Below are positions 32,433-41,683 of a stretch of 64,000 nucleotides of DNA, piece by piece (the first letter of the stretch is position 1; each line of letters begins with the position of its first letter). Source of the DNA: Flavobacteriales bacterium (GTDB taxonomy: Bacteria > Bacteroidota > Bacteroidia > Palsa-965); the NCBI GenBank assembly GCA_040377305.1, contig JBEIPA010000003.1:188978-252977 (forward strand), given 5' to 3'. The notes below the pieces were generated by a model that had not been told where the DNA came from, made no database searches, and saw nothing but the letters and a program-made list of their open reading frames with translations. The position numbers were made by a program, and so were the translations under genes.

Positions 32433-33169
32433 TCAAAATCGATTGAGTGGAGAAGGGGACATCCTGCGGCTTGTGAATTCTGCGGATGAATTGTTGGATG
32501 CAGTTCTGAAGGACAAGCCAAGTTTGAACATGATCATTCCAGCTGGCGCATTCTGCATGGTGTAGGAGATTCCGTCACCTGCATAACTTACGGTTTTGGT
32601 GTTCACATACATTCCACCAGCTACAGATTGTTGCCACTGCAGTGCGGCATCGAGCCACAAATTTTTACGGAGTTTAGTCATCATTCCCAATCCGAAACCT
32701 CCGCTTAAACCCGTAAAGCTGCTAAGTGTTATGCCGGATGTATCGCTATACTGAACGGTGTTCTGCTTCGCATACAAGGAACGAATTCCGCCAAACAGAT
32801 CGAAATAGGGAATGACGCGACTCTGTTCATTCCGGAACGAGAATCGTGCATCACCATAAAATCCGAGATGCACATTATTGAATACAGTTTGTGCCCATAC
32901 ATTTTGAGGCGCGCCGGTTCCAACTCTTGTGAGTTCGTAATGCCCGGCTCCGGATGCATAACCGGTAATTCCCAGCTGGAATTTAACGGGTAATGCCTGA
33001 AAAACGGAGACTGACCTAATGGACGGAAGAAGACATTTACTCCGCCGCCCCATCCGCTGGCAAATGAAGTGTAAGGCGAGGAAGCGTGCATGCCAAAAAC
33101 GCCAATGTCCATCTGGGCGAAAACAGTTGTACTCGTTGCAAGTGCGAGAATAATCAGAAGCTTTCTCAT
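32433..33169 (-). pseudogene. Outer-membrane beta-barrel protein split by a -1 frameshift
   Basis: Signal peptide and first strands are in ORF 32729-33169; the rest is in ORF 32433-33053. The joined product aligns with paralog 33309-34040 (GWG.G...PVK.Q.G...PY...). Confidence 0.75.
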
Positions 33170-33308
33170 AGCAGTAATTTTAACCGCACCAATTACCGAC
33201 TGGGTGCAGTACTAAAGTTACGAATACCTGAGATGAAATGCACGAAAAAAACGAAGGAATCCTTGATGGAGAGACTCTCTTCGTATAGACCCAATGTTGT
33301 ATGATGAA

Positions 33309-34040
33309 TTATTGGTGCGGCAGTTCAGTGTGTCCGCAGTTCGTGTGGTGACGCTTCACTGTGCAACCCTCATACGAACAGCAGTCCGTGTTGTTCAGGT
33401 AGAAACGAATTCCTATACGAAAGCATACAACTGAAGTTGGTGCAGCTTTCATTCCGTAAGAAAGTCCATCGCTGACATTTACCGTATTCATCATGATCGT
33501 GCTTCCGCGATTGAAGTTGTTATCCCATGTCAATCCTGCATCAACCGCAGCAAAATCATTCAGCTTAATGAGCAAACCAGCAGTTGTGCCGAGATTGAAT
33601 CCGACTTTATTATTCGGGGAAGTCATGCTACACTCTTCGTCTTCGTTGTGAATGTCCACCGTGGAGCGATTGAATCCGATTCCAGGGGAAAATTCCGCGT
33701 AAGGAACAAACCTGGCATCCGGAGAAGGAGCACTTACGCGAAGGATTCCGTGTATGCTGAACATCGTGTTGATGAGTGAAATATCTGATGGTGCCTGCCC
33801 ATCTTCAAGTATAATACCCTCAAAATTTTTCTGTCCTGCATAGAGCACGTTATAGCCAAGTCCAGCCTGAACTTTTACCGGAAATTCTTTCGTTAACGAA
33901 GATGAAATTCCGTCCATGCCGAATCCCCAGCCGTGACGCAGGTCGTTTTTCATGTTATGAAGGCCGTAGTAGCCGTAAGAAAATTGGGCAGAAGCGCCGA
34001 GTGTAATCAGTAGGGCAGAAGCGAGTAGGAACTTTTTCAT
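33309..34040 (-). CDS. Outer-membrane beta-barrel protein with Cys/His-rich tail
   Basis: Signal peptide, alternating beta strands (FVPYAEFSPGIG, FRIGIRFYL), tail CCSYEGCTVKRHHTNCGH. Confidence 0.75.
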   Translation of the reverse strand: MKKFLLASALLITLGASAQFSYGYYGLHNMKNDLRHGWGFGMDGISSSLTKEFPVKVQAGLGYNVLYAGQKNFEGIILEDGQAPSDISLINTMFSIHGILRVSAPSPDARFVPYAEFSPGIGFNRSTVDIHNEDEECSMTSPNNKVGFNLGTTAGLLIKLNDFAAVDAGLTWDNNFNRGSTIMMNTVNVSDGLSYGMKAAPTSVVCFRIGIRFYLNNTDCCSYEGCTVKRHHTNCGHTELPHQ

Positions 34041-34176
34041 GGCATATAGGTTTGTATTACTAATACTCAAATACTGTACTAAAGTTCCGTTTTTAACAAC
34101 TCGTTTTCGCAGTTGGATGGAAAATACGACGAAGTACGTAGGGACGCGGAATGAGGGAGGAGGGGATGAGGGAGAA

Positions 34177-34794
34177 TTATTTCATTTCCATTCCCGCGTA
34201 CAGGTTGTCGTTGTTCACGTAATAAACTTGTACATGTTCGCCCGGATCATTTTTCTTGACCAGTTCAATCAATCGTTTGCTTTGCCGACCCATCCAACGG
34301 TTCCAGAAAACAATGACGGTTCCACCAACATAAGGCGCGAGTAAGGTCCATGAAGAATCGACATCCGTCATATATGTGAACATTTTATCCAATCGAAGAA
34401 ACGTGTCGAGCGGAGCTTGTTGTGACGGAGGATAACTGTTAAAGGCTGTGTCGATGCGATCCCATTTGAGATTCGGAAATCCTCCGGCGTAACAGTTCAC
34501 ATACCAGCAAATCAACTTCCCTTCTGTATTGAAGTACAAAGCCTGCAAAGGTTGCGCGTGATTTTTTTGCGCGAGAGCAAACTGATTTGTGTCGATGGTG
34601 CGAAGAAATGCAAAATACTTCGCTGTGTCCAACACGTACGAAGCGTTTACATCAACTCCAAAGTCGGATTGACATTCCCGAATTTCAGCATTGCTCAAAG
34701 GACGGAACTTTTTCATCCCGTACATTTTCAGGAAGAGGCCACCGCAATTCATCACGAAGATTGAAAGTGAAATGAAAAGAACTCCTTGTTTCAT
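34177..34794 (-). CDS. Hypothetical exported protein or lipoprotein
   Basis: Hydrophobic N-terminus with MNC; QPLQALYF...NCYAGGFPNLKW. Confidence 0.7.
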   Translation of the reverse strand: MKQGVLFISLSIFVMNCGGLFLKMYGMKKFRPLSNAEIRECQSDFGVDVNASYVLDTAKYFAFLRTIDTNQFALAQKNHAQPLQALYFNTEGKLICWYVNCYAGGFPNLKWDRIDTAFNSYPPSQQAPLDTFLRLDKMFTYMTDVDSSWTLLAPYVGGTVIVFWNRWMGRQSKRLIELVKKNDPGEHVQVYYVNNDNLYAGMEMK

Positions 34795-34814
34795 TACGGT
34801 TGCGTGTTTAATGT

Positions 34815-35513
34815 CTATCGCTGCATCTCAAACACTTTCTTCACATTGAGCGTGTCCATGGGGAACTCCAACCACTTTCGTGTTGGTGAATAGTTCACAA
34901 TGATGGGATAATTTTGAGTCCGGTGATCGCGGACCATGAGCTCGAAGCGTGATCTCCCGCCTTCTGAACGATATTCAAACAGTGCGAGTCCTGCGGCCCA
35001 ATTGATATTATGAATACGCACCGTATCCGGAGCTTGTGGACCAGCAAGTGTTAAATCCAAAGTCTTCGGAGTGTTACTGCCCCAACAACTGGTAATCAAA
35101 CTCGCGTAAGGTCCATCCATACTGTATTGAATAAATGTGGAATCGTTTATACTTACCCTTCCGAGATTGCCCCAGTCGGAAGGCGCATACAGATAGTACG
35201 AACCTTTATATTCATACAATTGAGACCACTCACCGCTAACGATCACGTTAACGTGATGTGACATTTTCAAGGACTTATCCTTGAATACCCACTTAAGCGA
35301 CTCCTGATAGCCAAGTGAATCGTTCGCGTCCCATGAAAAGTCGACAATGCGTTTGTAGAACGTAGAACTTGTGTCTATTTTCTGAATGAAGACTGCGTGA
35401 TAGTCACCGCGATCGAATTCTCGGACAATGAAATTGGTGTCAGCTTGCTTTTTCTGTGCCGAAGTGGAAAGTGAAATCAAAAGCGAGAGGAGAAATGCAG
35501 AGCTGTTTTTCAC
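34815..35513 (-). CDS. Secreted hypothetical protein
   Basis: Signal peptide (STSAQ); 4-bp overlap with the upstream GNAT gene. Confidence 0.7.
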   Translation of the reverse strand: MKNSSAFLLSLLISLSTSAQKKQADTNFIVREFDRGDYHAVFIQKIDTSSTFYKRIVDFSWDANDSLGYQESLKWVFKDKSLKMSHHVNVIVSGEWSQLYEYKGSYYLYAPSDWGNLGRVSINDSTFIQYSMDGPYASLITSCWGSNTPKTLDLTLAGPQAPDTVRIHNINWAAGLALFEYRSEGGRSRFELMVRDHRTQNYPIIVNYSPTRKWLEFPMDTLNVKKVFEMQR

Positions 35514-35947
35514 GAATTCAATTTACGCCATTCTTCTCGTATGAGCTCAAATTTTAACTCTTTCCCATGCATCCCATTCTCCCTCCACCCACTCGCCCGA
35601 TAAAACTTCTCCGCTCTCGTTCCCGGTTCCGTTCCCAGCCACACTTTGTCCTTCTGTGTGAAATACCAGTCGAGCATTTCTGTTTGCAAAGCACGAGCGG
35701 CCCCTCTACGTTCAAAGTCAGGATGCACGAATAGCGCCCAGATATTTTCTTCCCTCAAATCACAAATGGCAAATCCAACAATGGTGTTGTCGATTTCTGC
35801 AAACCAACCTTTTCCGCGGGTGAAGAGAAATTCTTCGTAGTCGGCGGGAGTGATGAGGGCGGGGTTGGAGAGCGTGTTTTCGCGAACAGCAATTCTGATT
35901 TCATGCAGTCTGGGAATGTCGACGAGTGCTGCAACGCGAAGTTTCAT
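35510..35947 (-). CDS. GNAT family N-acetyltransferase
   Basis: IRIAVRENTLS...IWALFVHPDFERRG...WLGTEPGTRAEKFY. Confidence 0.9.
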   Translation of the reverse strand: MKLRVAALVDIPRLHEIRIAVRENTLSNPALITPADYEEFLFTRGKGWFAEIDNTIVGFAICDLREENIWALFVHPDFERRGAARALQTEMLDWYFTQKDKVWLGTEPGTRAEKFYRASGWRENGMHGKELKFELIREEWRKLNS

Positions 35948-35957
35948 ACCACGTGCT

Positions 35958-37199
35958 TTAGTTTGCGATCAGAATCTTGCTGACTTTGCTTTCCTGTTCG
36001 TTTTCAACACGGACGAAGTAAGTTCCAGAGGCAAAATTATTCACGGGCACCACGAGTGAATTGAATCCGTTGCCCGCGTAAACAACACGTCCCTGCACAT
36101 CGATGAGCTGAATCGTGAATTTGCCTTCCTGTGATACGTTCAGCGTTCCGTTGATGACCGGATTCGGGAATAGCACAAGTTCAGATGCAGACGAAGCATC
36201 GTGCAATCCTTTTGGTTCTTCGCAGGAAAGATAAAAACTGCACGACTCACGCGGAGCTGCAAAACAAAACACAGGCAATGGTGAACCGAATACAAACGGC
36301 ATGTTGAAAACTGGTCCACTGACATACATATCGGGCATGAGGTAAGAGGGACTTGACGTCTTCACATAAAATTGTCCATCTGCCATACGCGTGTGTGTCC
36401 CTGCTACGAAGAAACCACTGCCTACAGCGGTGCGACCTGTGTGAATTACAGTTCCGCTCGCTGCATGTGCTTTGAAAAGTTCTGAACCTTGAACGCTATC
36501 CATGTGTGCGATGAATCCGTAGATCGTGTCATTGGTACAGTCGTATGAAAGTGCGTCGTAGTAATAACTATTGTAAACTGTGTCCTCGAATGTAACCACT
36601 CCACTGGTCGGATTAAGACTGAGTAAAACAGTGCCACCGATGAGTTGGTTATCCATTCCCATCCAGATGATGTCGTTACGGGTGATTGCAGCATCGGAAC
36701 TATTGAAACCATAATTCGCAAGCGTTGGCAATGGAAGAATTGTGCGTGTTCCGGTTATCGCGTTGATTGTTTCAATCACCCACTGGCTGCTGAGAATATC
36801 GTTTCGCAGCGCATAGTACGTAGACGTTCCTGCAGACGGCCAACACATTTTGTACCATGTTCCGGTTGCCGTATCCATTGGTAAAGTGCGAATCAGATTA
36901 CCAAGCGTGTCAAGTTCATAGAGTTTGTTAATGTAGTTTCCGTTGGATGTGACCGTATCAATTCCCTGGAACACGTAGTGTCCGAAGCAATTGAAGAATG
37001 CATAGCCGGAAAAGAATCCATCAACAGGCAACTGAGAGAGTCGTGTAGATACTCCGGACTGCGGATCTATTTTATCGAAGTAATAACGATATCCGTTCTG
37101 CGGTGTGTATTCTGTTTCGATGTGATAGACAGAAGTGGTTTGTGCAGAAGCGAAAATAGTGGTGGCGCAAAGGAGGCTGAGGAGTAGAAGTTTTTTCAT
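35958..37199 (-). CDS. T9SS type A sorting domain-containing protein (propeller-like body)
   Basis: Signal peptide; C-terminal LFPNPV...LIDVQGRVV...SGTYFVRV...SKILI. Confidence 0.88.
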   Translation of the reverse strand: MKKLLLLSLLCATTIFASAQTTSVYHIETEYTPQNGYRYYFDKIDPQSGVSTRLSQLPVDGFFSGYAFFNCFGHYVFQGIDTVTSNGNYINKLYELDTLGNLIRTLPMDTATGTWYKMCWPSAGTSTYYALRNDILSSQWVIETINAITGTRTILPLPTLANYGFNSSDAAITRNDIIWMGMDNQLIGGTVLLSLNPTSGVVTFEDTVYNSYYYDALSYDCTNDTIYGFIAHMDSVQGSELFKAHAASGTVIHTGRTAVGSGFFVAGTHTRMADGQFYVKTSSPSYLMPDMYVSGPVFNMPFVFGSPLPVFCFAAPRESCSFYLSCEEPKGLHDASSASELVLFPNPVINGTLNVSQEGKFTIQLIDVQGRVVYAGNGFNSLVVPVNNFASGTYFVRVENEQESKVSKILIAN

Positions 37200-37276
37200 T
37201 GAATCAGAAGTGCGTGAAGGGATTGTGTTTGTTGAGATAAATATAGGGGAATGTGAGTGGACTACGAATTTAAAAG

Positions 37277-37379
37277 AGTCATCGTGAGTGAATGAGGGCG
37301 AGATTGGAGGGGTTGTTTTCGCGAACAGCGAGAAGGATATCGCTGCAATATCAGATGAGCGTCAGTAGCGTATAATTAT
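37277..37379 (-). pseudogene. Degenerate remnant of the 5' part of the GNAT gene at 35510-35947
   Basis: atgagggcgagattggaggggttgttttcgcgaacagc here versus atgagggcggggttggagagcgtgttttcgcgaacagc at 35853-35890. Confidence 0.55.
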
Positions 37380-37383
37380 TTCG

Positions 37384-38253
37384 TTACGTGTTCTGGATCA
37401 GATAGCATGTCGTTTTCGAATCGGGTTCGAAGAACACATAGAGTATTCCATCTCCCCAAAAGTTCAGCTTTTCAAAATACGGACTGAATTCTTTGTGATT
37501 CGGAATAACGTTTGTTCGAACCGCTGATACACCACCTGTTAACTGACACACGAATTTCATTCGCTTATTAGAACGAGGGCAGTGAGGAATTTCGGGATAT
37601 TGGACCCACTCCGGAATTCCAGCGTGACCATCATTCGTAAAGTAGTCTGCCTCTATGAACTCAAAAGATGCTTTCTCGTATACAATTTCGGTTTGCTGAT
37701 TCAGCTCATCGAATGAAGAATCACATTGCTCAAGTTCTGCGGTATTGATAACAATTGGTTTATTAGGATCCGCATAATCGATAAAACACTTGCTGAAGTT
37801 CAGAAAAATTGGGCAGACCAAGTGAAGATCCGACGGGATCCATTTGAAAGCAGGGTCGATATTTCGAATACAACCAAGATATTGAAACGGTACAGGTGCA
37901 TTTGATACCGGAAGTACGAAATTCGGAGGAACTTCACCACCAAGCGAATGCACTCCTTCATCAGTGAATTCAAGGACACGAATATGATTGGGTGGGCATT
38001 CAAAATAAGTGAAGTTCATGAAGCGTGAAACATCAGCGCTATCTAATGCTTCACCTTCTTCAAACCGAACGGTTTTAACGAGTTTGTCGTTTTCAAAGAT
38101 CAGTTCTATTGCGGAAAAGAGATTCATTGCCACCTCTTTCGTACAAATCTGAGTGGAGACGACATCGTGAAATTCAGACTCGCTACTAACGTCGAGGGTG
38201 AAACCGTTGATGAATAGAGATTTGCTCTTTGATCCGAATATTGAATTCAGCAT
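37384..38253 (-). CDS. Hypothetical protein, YwqG/DUF1963-like
   Basis: SLGG...FQYLGCI...GIPEWVQYPEIPHCP...MKFVCQL...FWGDGILYVF. Confidence 0.6.
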   Translation of the reverse strand: MLNSIFGSKSKSLFINGFTLDVSSESEFHDVVSTQICTKEVAMNLFSAIELIFENDKLVKTVRFEEGEALDSADVSRFMNFTYFECPPNHIRVLEFTDEGVHSLGGEVPPNFVLPVSNAPVPFQYLGCIRNIDPAFKWIPSDLHLVCPIFLNFSKCFIDYADPNKPIVINTAELEQCDSSFDELNQQTEIVYEKASFEFIEADYFTNDGHAGIPEWVQYPEIPHCPRSNKRMKFVCQLTGGVSAVRTNVIPNHKEFSPYFEKLNFWGDGILYVFFEPDSKTTCYLIQNT

Positions 38254-38359
38254 AGTGCAAATGTAAAGATTGTGCACGCGTTACGGAAATTTGCACCTGT
38301 TAACAATTCAGCACTGAACCTAATTCCCTTTCACGTGTATCCAGTAAAAAGCTACACAC

Positions 38360-39187
38360 ATGAGAAAACTCTCTACCCTTTTCGTCTTCCTCGCGGGACT
38401 GGTAATCGGCCACGCGCAAACGCAGTCGAACTACTATTACAATCGCGACATTCTGAATCCGCCGGCAGATCAGGCATGGCCTAGCGGACAAAAGCAGTTT
38501 ACTTCTGTGTCTGATGTAATGATCTACGTGCCACCGGATGCGTGGATACTGGAATTACACGGAACGGAAGAAGCCGGGTCACTGGAAACTGCACGCACCC
38601 GATTGCAGACACGCATTACGGCATTTCAGAAAAAACTGAATGCGATGGGAATCCCGAACGAGGATATTACCATCACGACATTTTCTCAGGAGAAAAATTC
38701 GGGATGGAAGTTCACGCCCGAACAAGGAAGTGTGTACGGCGTTGTCGGATATACGTTGACCAAAAGTATTCTCATCCGGTATACCGACTCGAAACAGTAC
38801 AGTCAGATCATTACTGCGGCTGGAGATCAGAGTCTCGACAATGTGCAGCAACATTATTGTACGGTGTCAGACGAACAGGCTGTGTATGCAGAGTTGTACC
38901 GTCAGGCGATGGATGTTTGCATGCAGAAACGTGCAGAGACTGCGGAGCACCAACGTGCAATTATTTCTCCAACATGGAATGTGTCGAGTGAGTACTACGA
39001 TGTGCAAACTCCAACTCCGGGTGCGTATGTTCCACCAGGATCTGCACCTGTTCCGCAAAATTCCGGTTTCGATCGCGTGCTGAGTTCTGAATATGGAACT
39101 GCGGCAGTTCGTTACACCATTCATCTCGAAATTACATACACACTCAATAAACCACAACCTACGAATTCACCAGTCAAAACGAAATAG
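38360..39187 (+). CDS. SIMPL (DUF541) domain protein
   Basis: Signal peptide; DVMIYVPPD...LNAMGIPNEDI...YTLTKSILIRY. Confidence 0.72.
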   Translation: MRKLSTLFVFLAGLVIGHAQTQSNYYYNRDILNPPADQAWPSGQKQFTSVSDVMIYVPPDAWILELHGTEEAGSLETARTRLQTRITAFQKKLNAMGIPNEDITITTFSQEKNSGWKFTPEQGSVYGVVGYTLTKSILIRYTDSKQYSQIITAAGDQSLDNVQQHYCTVSDEQAVYAELYRQAMDVCMQKRAETAEHQRAIISPTWNVSSEYYDVQTPTPGAYVPPGSAPVPQNSGFDRVLSSEYGTAAVRYTIHLEITYTLNKPQPTNSPVKTK

Positions 39188-39189
39188 CC

Positions 39190-40410
39190 ATGAAGAATAT
39201 TTTACTAATTACAGCAAGTTGTTTCATCGCGTCGCACGTATTTGCACAAGCGAGCGGGAATGCAGTCAATGCCACCAACAATCAAACGACGAACGGAACA
39301 GCTGAAGTATTCATCAGCGGAGTCGGCAATATGCAGGCTGTTAATTTCTGTTCCGGCAATGCTACGACTGTTACCGCAGCAGGAGGCACAACGGCCAATT
39401 GGAGCGCGAACAGCAATATCAACGGCATCAACTTCGCCGGACAAACGAAGCAGTATTATAATCCGTACACCGGTAAATACGAAGACACGCCGAATAATGG
39501 TGGTGGAACGCAGGCGCAAGCCGCTTTGCCTTACGACAACTCTGTGATTTTCGATGCGGATGTGATGATTAATATCGAAGCATCGAGTTACACCGCAATT
39601 TTCAGTGTCACAGATTTCGGCAAAACCGTTATTCAGGCTGACTCTGCAATGAGTTCACGTTTGAAGATCTTCACGGCTGCGATGGTGAAGGATTCTATTC
39701 TTGCAGGGAATATTCACGTCGATTTTATTTCAATGCTTCCGGTTTACGAAGTGGAGGCGCAGAATAAAGTGTTCTCCAATATCGCAACGGAAGTTCCTGC
39801 GGGATTCAAGATCAAGAAAAATGTACATGTGATGTTTTTCGATCACACGAAACTTGATCAGATTATCACGCACGCTGCGAAAGCATCCATTTACGATCTC
39901 GTGAAAGTAGATTACAACGTAAATGATATACAGGCGGCTTATGATACACTTCGCAAGATTGCAGTGGAAGTAATCGACATGAAGCGCAACACGTATTCGA
40001 TGATGGGATTTGAAACGACCATCATGGCTATGGCGGAAGGTTACGACAGCAAGTATCCGGAAGAGCGATATGAGTCGTATACGGCGTACCTGCAAGGCAA
40101 TTCATACAATCAGGCGCAGAACCCGAACCAAACATTGCAAACAGCGGAGAAGGAGCAAACTGTTTTCTACAACAAAGTTCCGTACAAACAATTTGATCGC
40201 GTGCTGAATGCTGATTTGGCGGAGCCTGGTGTGCAGTTTTATTACAAACTGCGTGTGAAGTGTAAGATGGAGCATATTGATGAGAAGAAAGAAACGAAGC
40301 CGGGAGTTGCTGCTACGAAACCGGGAACTGCTCAGCCTGCGCGTACGAATACTGGTGGAAATGTGCCTGCTCCTGTGGGGACTTACAAGCCGGTACAAAC
40401 GATTAAATAG
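39190..40410 (+). CDS. SIMPL (DUF541) domain protein
   Basis: QASGN...DVMINIEASSYTAIFSV...VDFISMLPVYE...EVPAGFKIKKNVHV...IYDLVKVDY. Confidence 0.8.
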   Translation: MKNILLITASCFIASHVFAQASGNAVNATNNQTTNGTAEVFISGVGNMQAVNFCSGNATTVTAAGGTTANWSANSNINGINFAGQTKQYYNPYTGKYEDTPNNGGGTQAQAALPYDNSVIFDADVMINIEASSYTAIFSVTDFGKTVIQADSAMSSRLKIFTAAMVKDSILAGNIHVDFISMLPVYEVEAQNKVFSNIATEVPAGFKIKKNVHVMFFDHTKLDQIITHAAKASIYDLVKVDYNVNDIQAAYDTLRKIAVEVIDMKRNTYSMMGFETTIMAMAEGYDSKYPEERYESYTAYLQGNSYNQAQNPNQTLQTAEKEQTVFYNKVPYKQFDRVLNADLAEPGVQFYYKLRVKCKMEHIDEKKETKPGVAATKPGTAQPARTNTGGNVPAPVGTYKPVQTIK

Positions 40411-40426
40411 ATAAGCGATTTGGGCT

Positions 40427-40569
40427 CCACGGGCTGAAGCCCGCGGTTATCATCTAGCGTATCAAACAAGTGGGACCAAGAAAAAAGGAATGGCTTTGCC
40501 ATTCCTTTTTTCTTGCACATAATATAATAAATGAGCGATGATGATAACCGCGCGGCTTCAGCCCGCGGT
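40427..40569. repeat. REP-like inverted pair enclosing a bidirectional terminator
   Basis: GGGCTGAAGCCCGCGGTTATCATC ... GATGATAACCGCGCGGCTTCAGCCC. Confidence 0.75.
40477..40515. terminator. Bidirectional intrinsic terminator
   Basis: CAAGAAAAAAGGAATGGC-TTT-GCCATTCCTTTTTTCTTG between convergent genes. Confidence 0.85.
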
Positions 40570-40582
40570 GCAGCAATATCTA

Positions 40583-40972
40583 CTAATCTTCCTCCCGGAA
40601 AGGAACAAAGCGAAAAGGATGCTCTAAAATCAACGACATCTCTTCTCCTTTATCAACCATATCCTCATCATCCATATCGTGATGCCAGTTGATCATTACG
40701 TTAACCTGCTGTTCGCGAAGTCGGATAACTTTTGCGAGAACAGAAAGCAACGAACGAACAGAACCGGTGTTGAGGTGATCGAGTTTTATGTCGATTGTAA
40801 TGTTTTCTGATTTCTGAATCGGGATGTAACGTTCAACCCAACGCTCGAGTGGAGAATAGAAATCGCTTGCATCAGCAGGAATGGATCTTCCGGTAATAGT
40901 AAACGCTTCAGACTTTGGATTAAAGCTGATTTCGGGAGTTGCTTTGGTAGCAGGAATTAAAAGTGGATCCAT
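40583..40972 (-). CDS. siaC: SiaC family (DUF1987) regulatory phosphoprotein
   Basis: TKATPEISF...ITGRSIP...FYSP...LNTGS...INWH...DEDM...GEE. Confidence 0.88.
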   Translation of the reverse strand: MDPLLIPATKATPEISFNPKSEAFTITGRSIPADASDFYSPLERWVERYIPIQKSENITIDIKLDHLNTGSVRSLLSVLAKVIRLREQQVNVMINWHHDMDDEDMVDKGEEMSLILEHPFRFVPFREED

Positions 40973-40975
40973 TTA

Positions 40976-41515
40976 TTAGTTCAAAGCAATTACGAGTTCG
41001 AGACAGAAGAAGGTGTAACTATTTTCAAGTGGAAGGAAACGATAAGTAATCGGTCCGTTCACTGCACGTGCAATTTCCATAAGGCCAAGTCCTGCGTTCG
41101 TGCGTGAACCATTCTGAAGCGAACGCTCCATTTGATCCACGTACATTGTTTTCAATGTGTCAGGATCGGCCGAATTAATTTTTTCCAGTTTGCCTTTGAG
41201 CACATCCACATCTTTTGAGAACATAACGTTGCCACAACGCAAACCGTAATCGTTTGTGCCCACACGACGCATGTACACGATTGAACCCGGGGCCGGAGTA
41301 GAAAGTGGAGGAGTGTTGTTGCGGATATTCTGCAAACACTCAACAACTGCACTCAGCAAACGCCGACGACTAGGTCGGGACAAATCGCGGAAGTCGGAAC
41401 GTGTTTCAACCATTGCAACAAAGGAACTGATGAGATCTTCACTTACATCGCCTAGATAAAACCAGTCGTTACCAGTTTCAGTGAGCAATTGTTTAATCTC
41501 TGCATCCGTTAGCAT
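40976..41515 (-). CDS. siaB: SiaB family (DUF6272) protein kinase
   Basis: VVECLQNI...CGN...LEKINS...LK..Y...AGLGLMEIAR...ITYRF. Confidence 0.82.
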   Translation of the reverse strand: MLTDAEIKQLLTETGNDWFYLGDVSEDLISSFVAMVETRSDFRDLSRPSRRRLLSAVVECLQNIRNNTPPLSTPAPGSIVYMRRVGTNDYGLRCGNVMFSKDVDVLKGKLEKINSADPDTLKTMYVDQMERSLQNGSRTNAGLGLMEIARAVNGPITYRFLPLENSYTFFCLELVIALN

Positions 41516-41683
41516 AAACAGTGGGGTTTAGTCAAAAATACTCAATTCATACGAATAAGCGGGTTCGCGGGTTCTCGAGGCAACATGGACAATACCACGA
41601 CAATGTCGATATTTAGGCAGAATTCGTTGTTTTGTACTAGAATCAGTAGTGTTACATTTGTCGGCATTCAATAAAAAAATATC

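Noticed and set aside
35853-37330. GNAT gene and its remnant as a DGR template/variable repeat pair
   Set aside because: Differences are not adenine-specific, indels are present, and there is no reverse transcriptase in the window.
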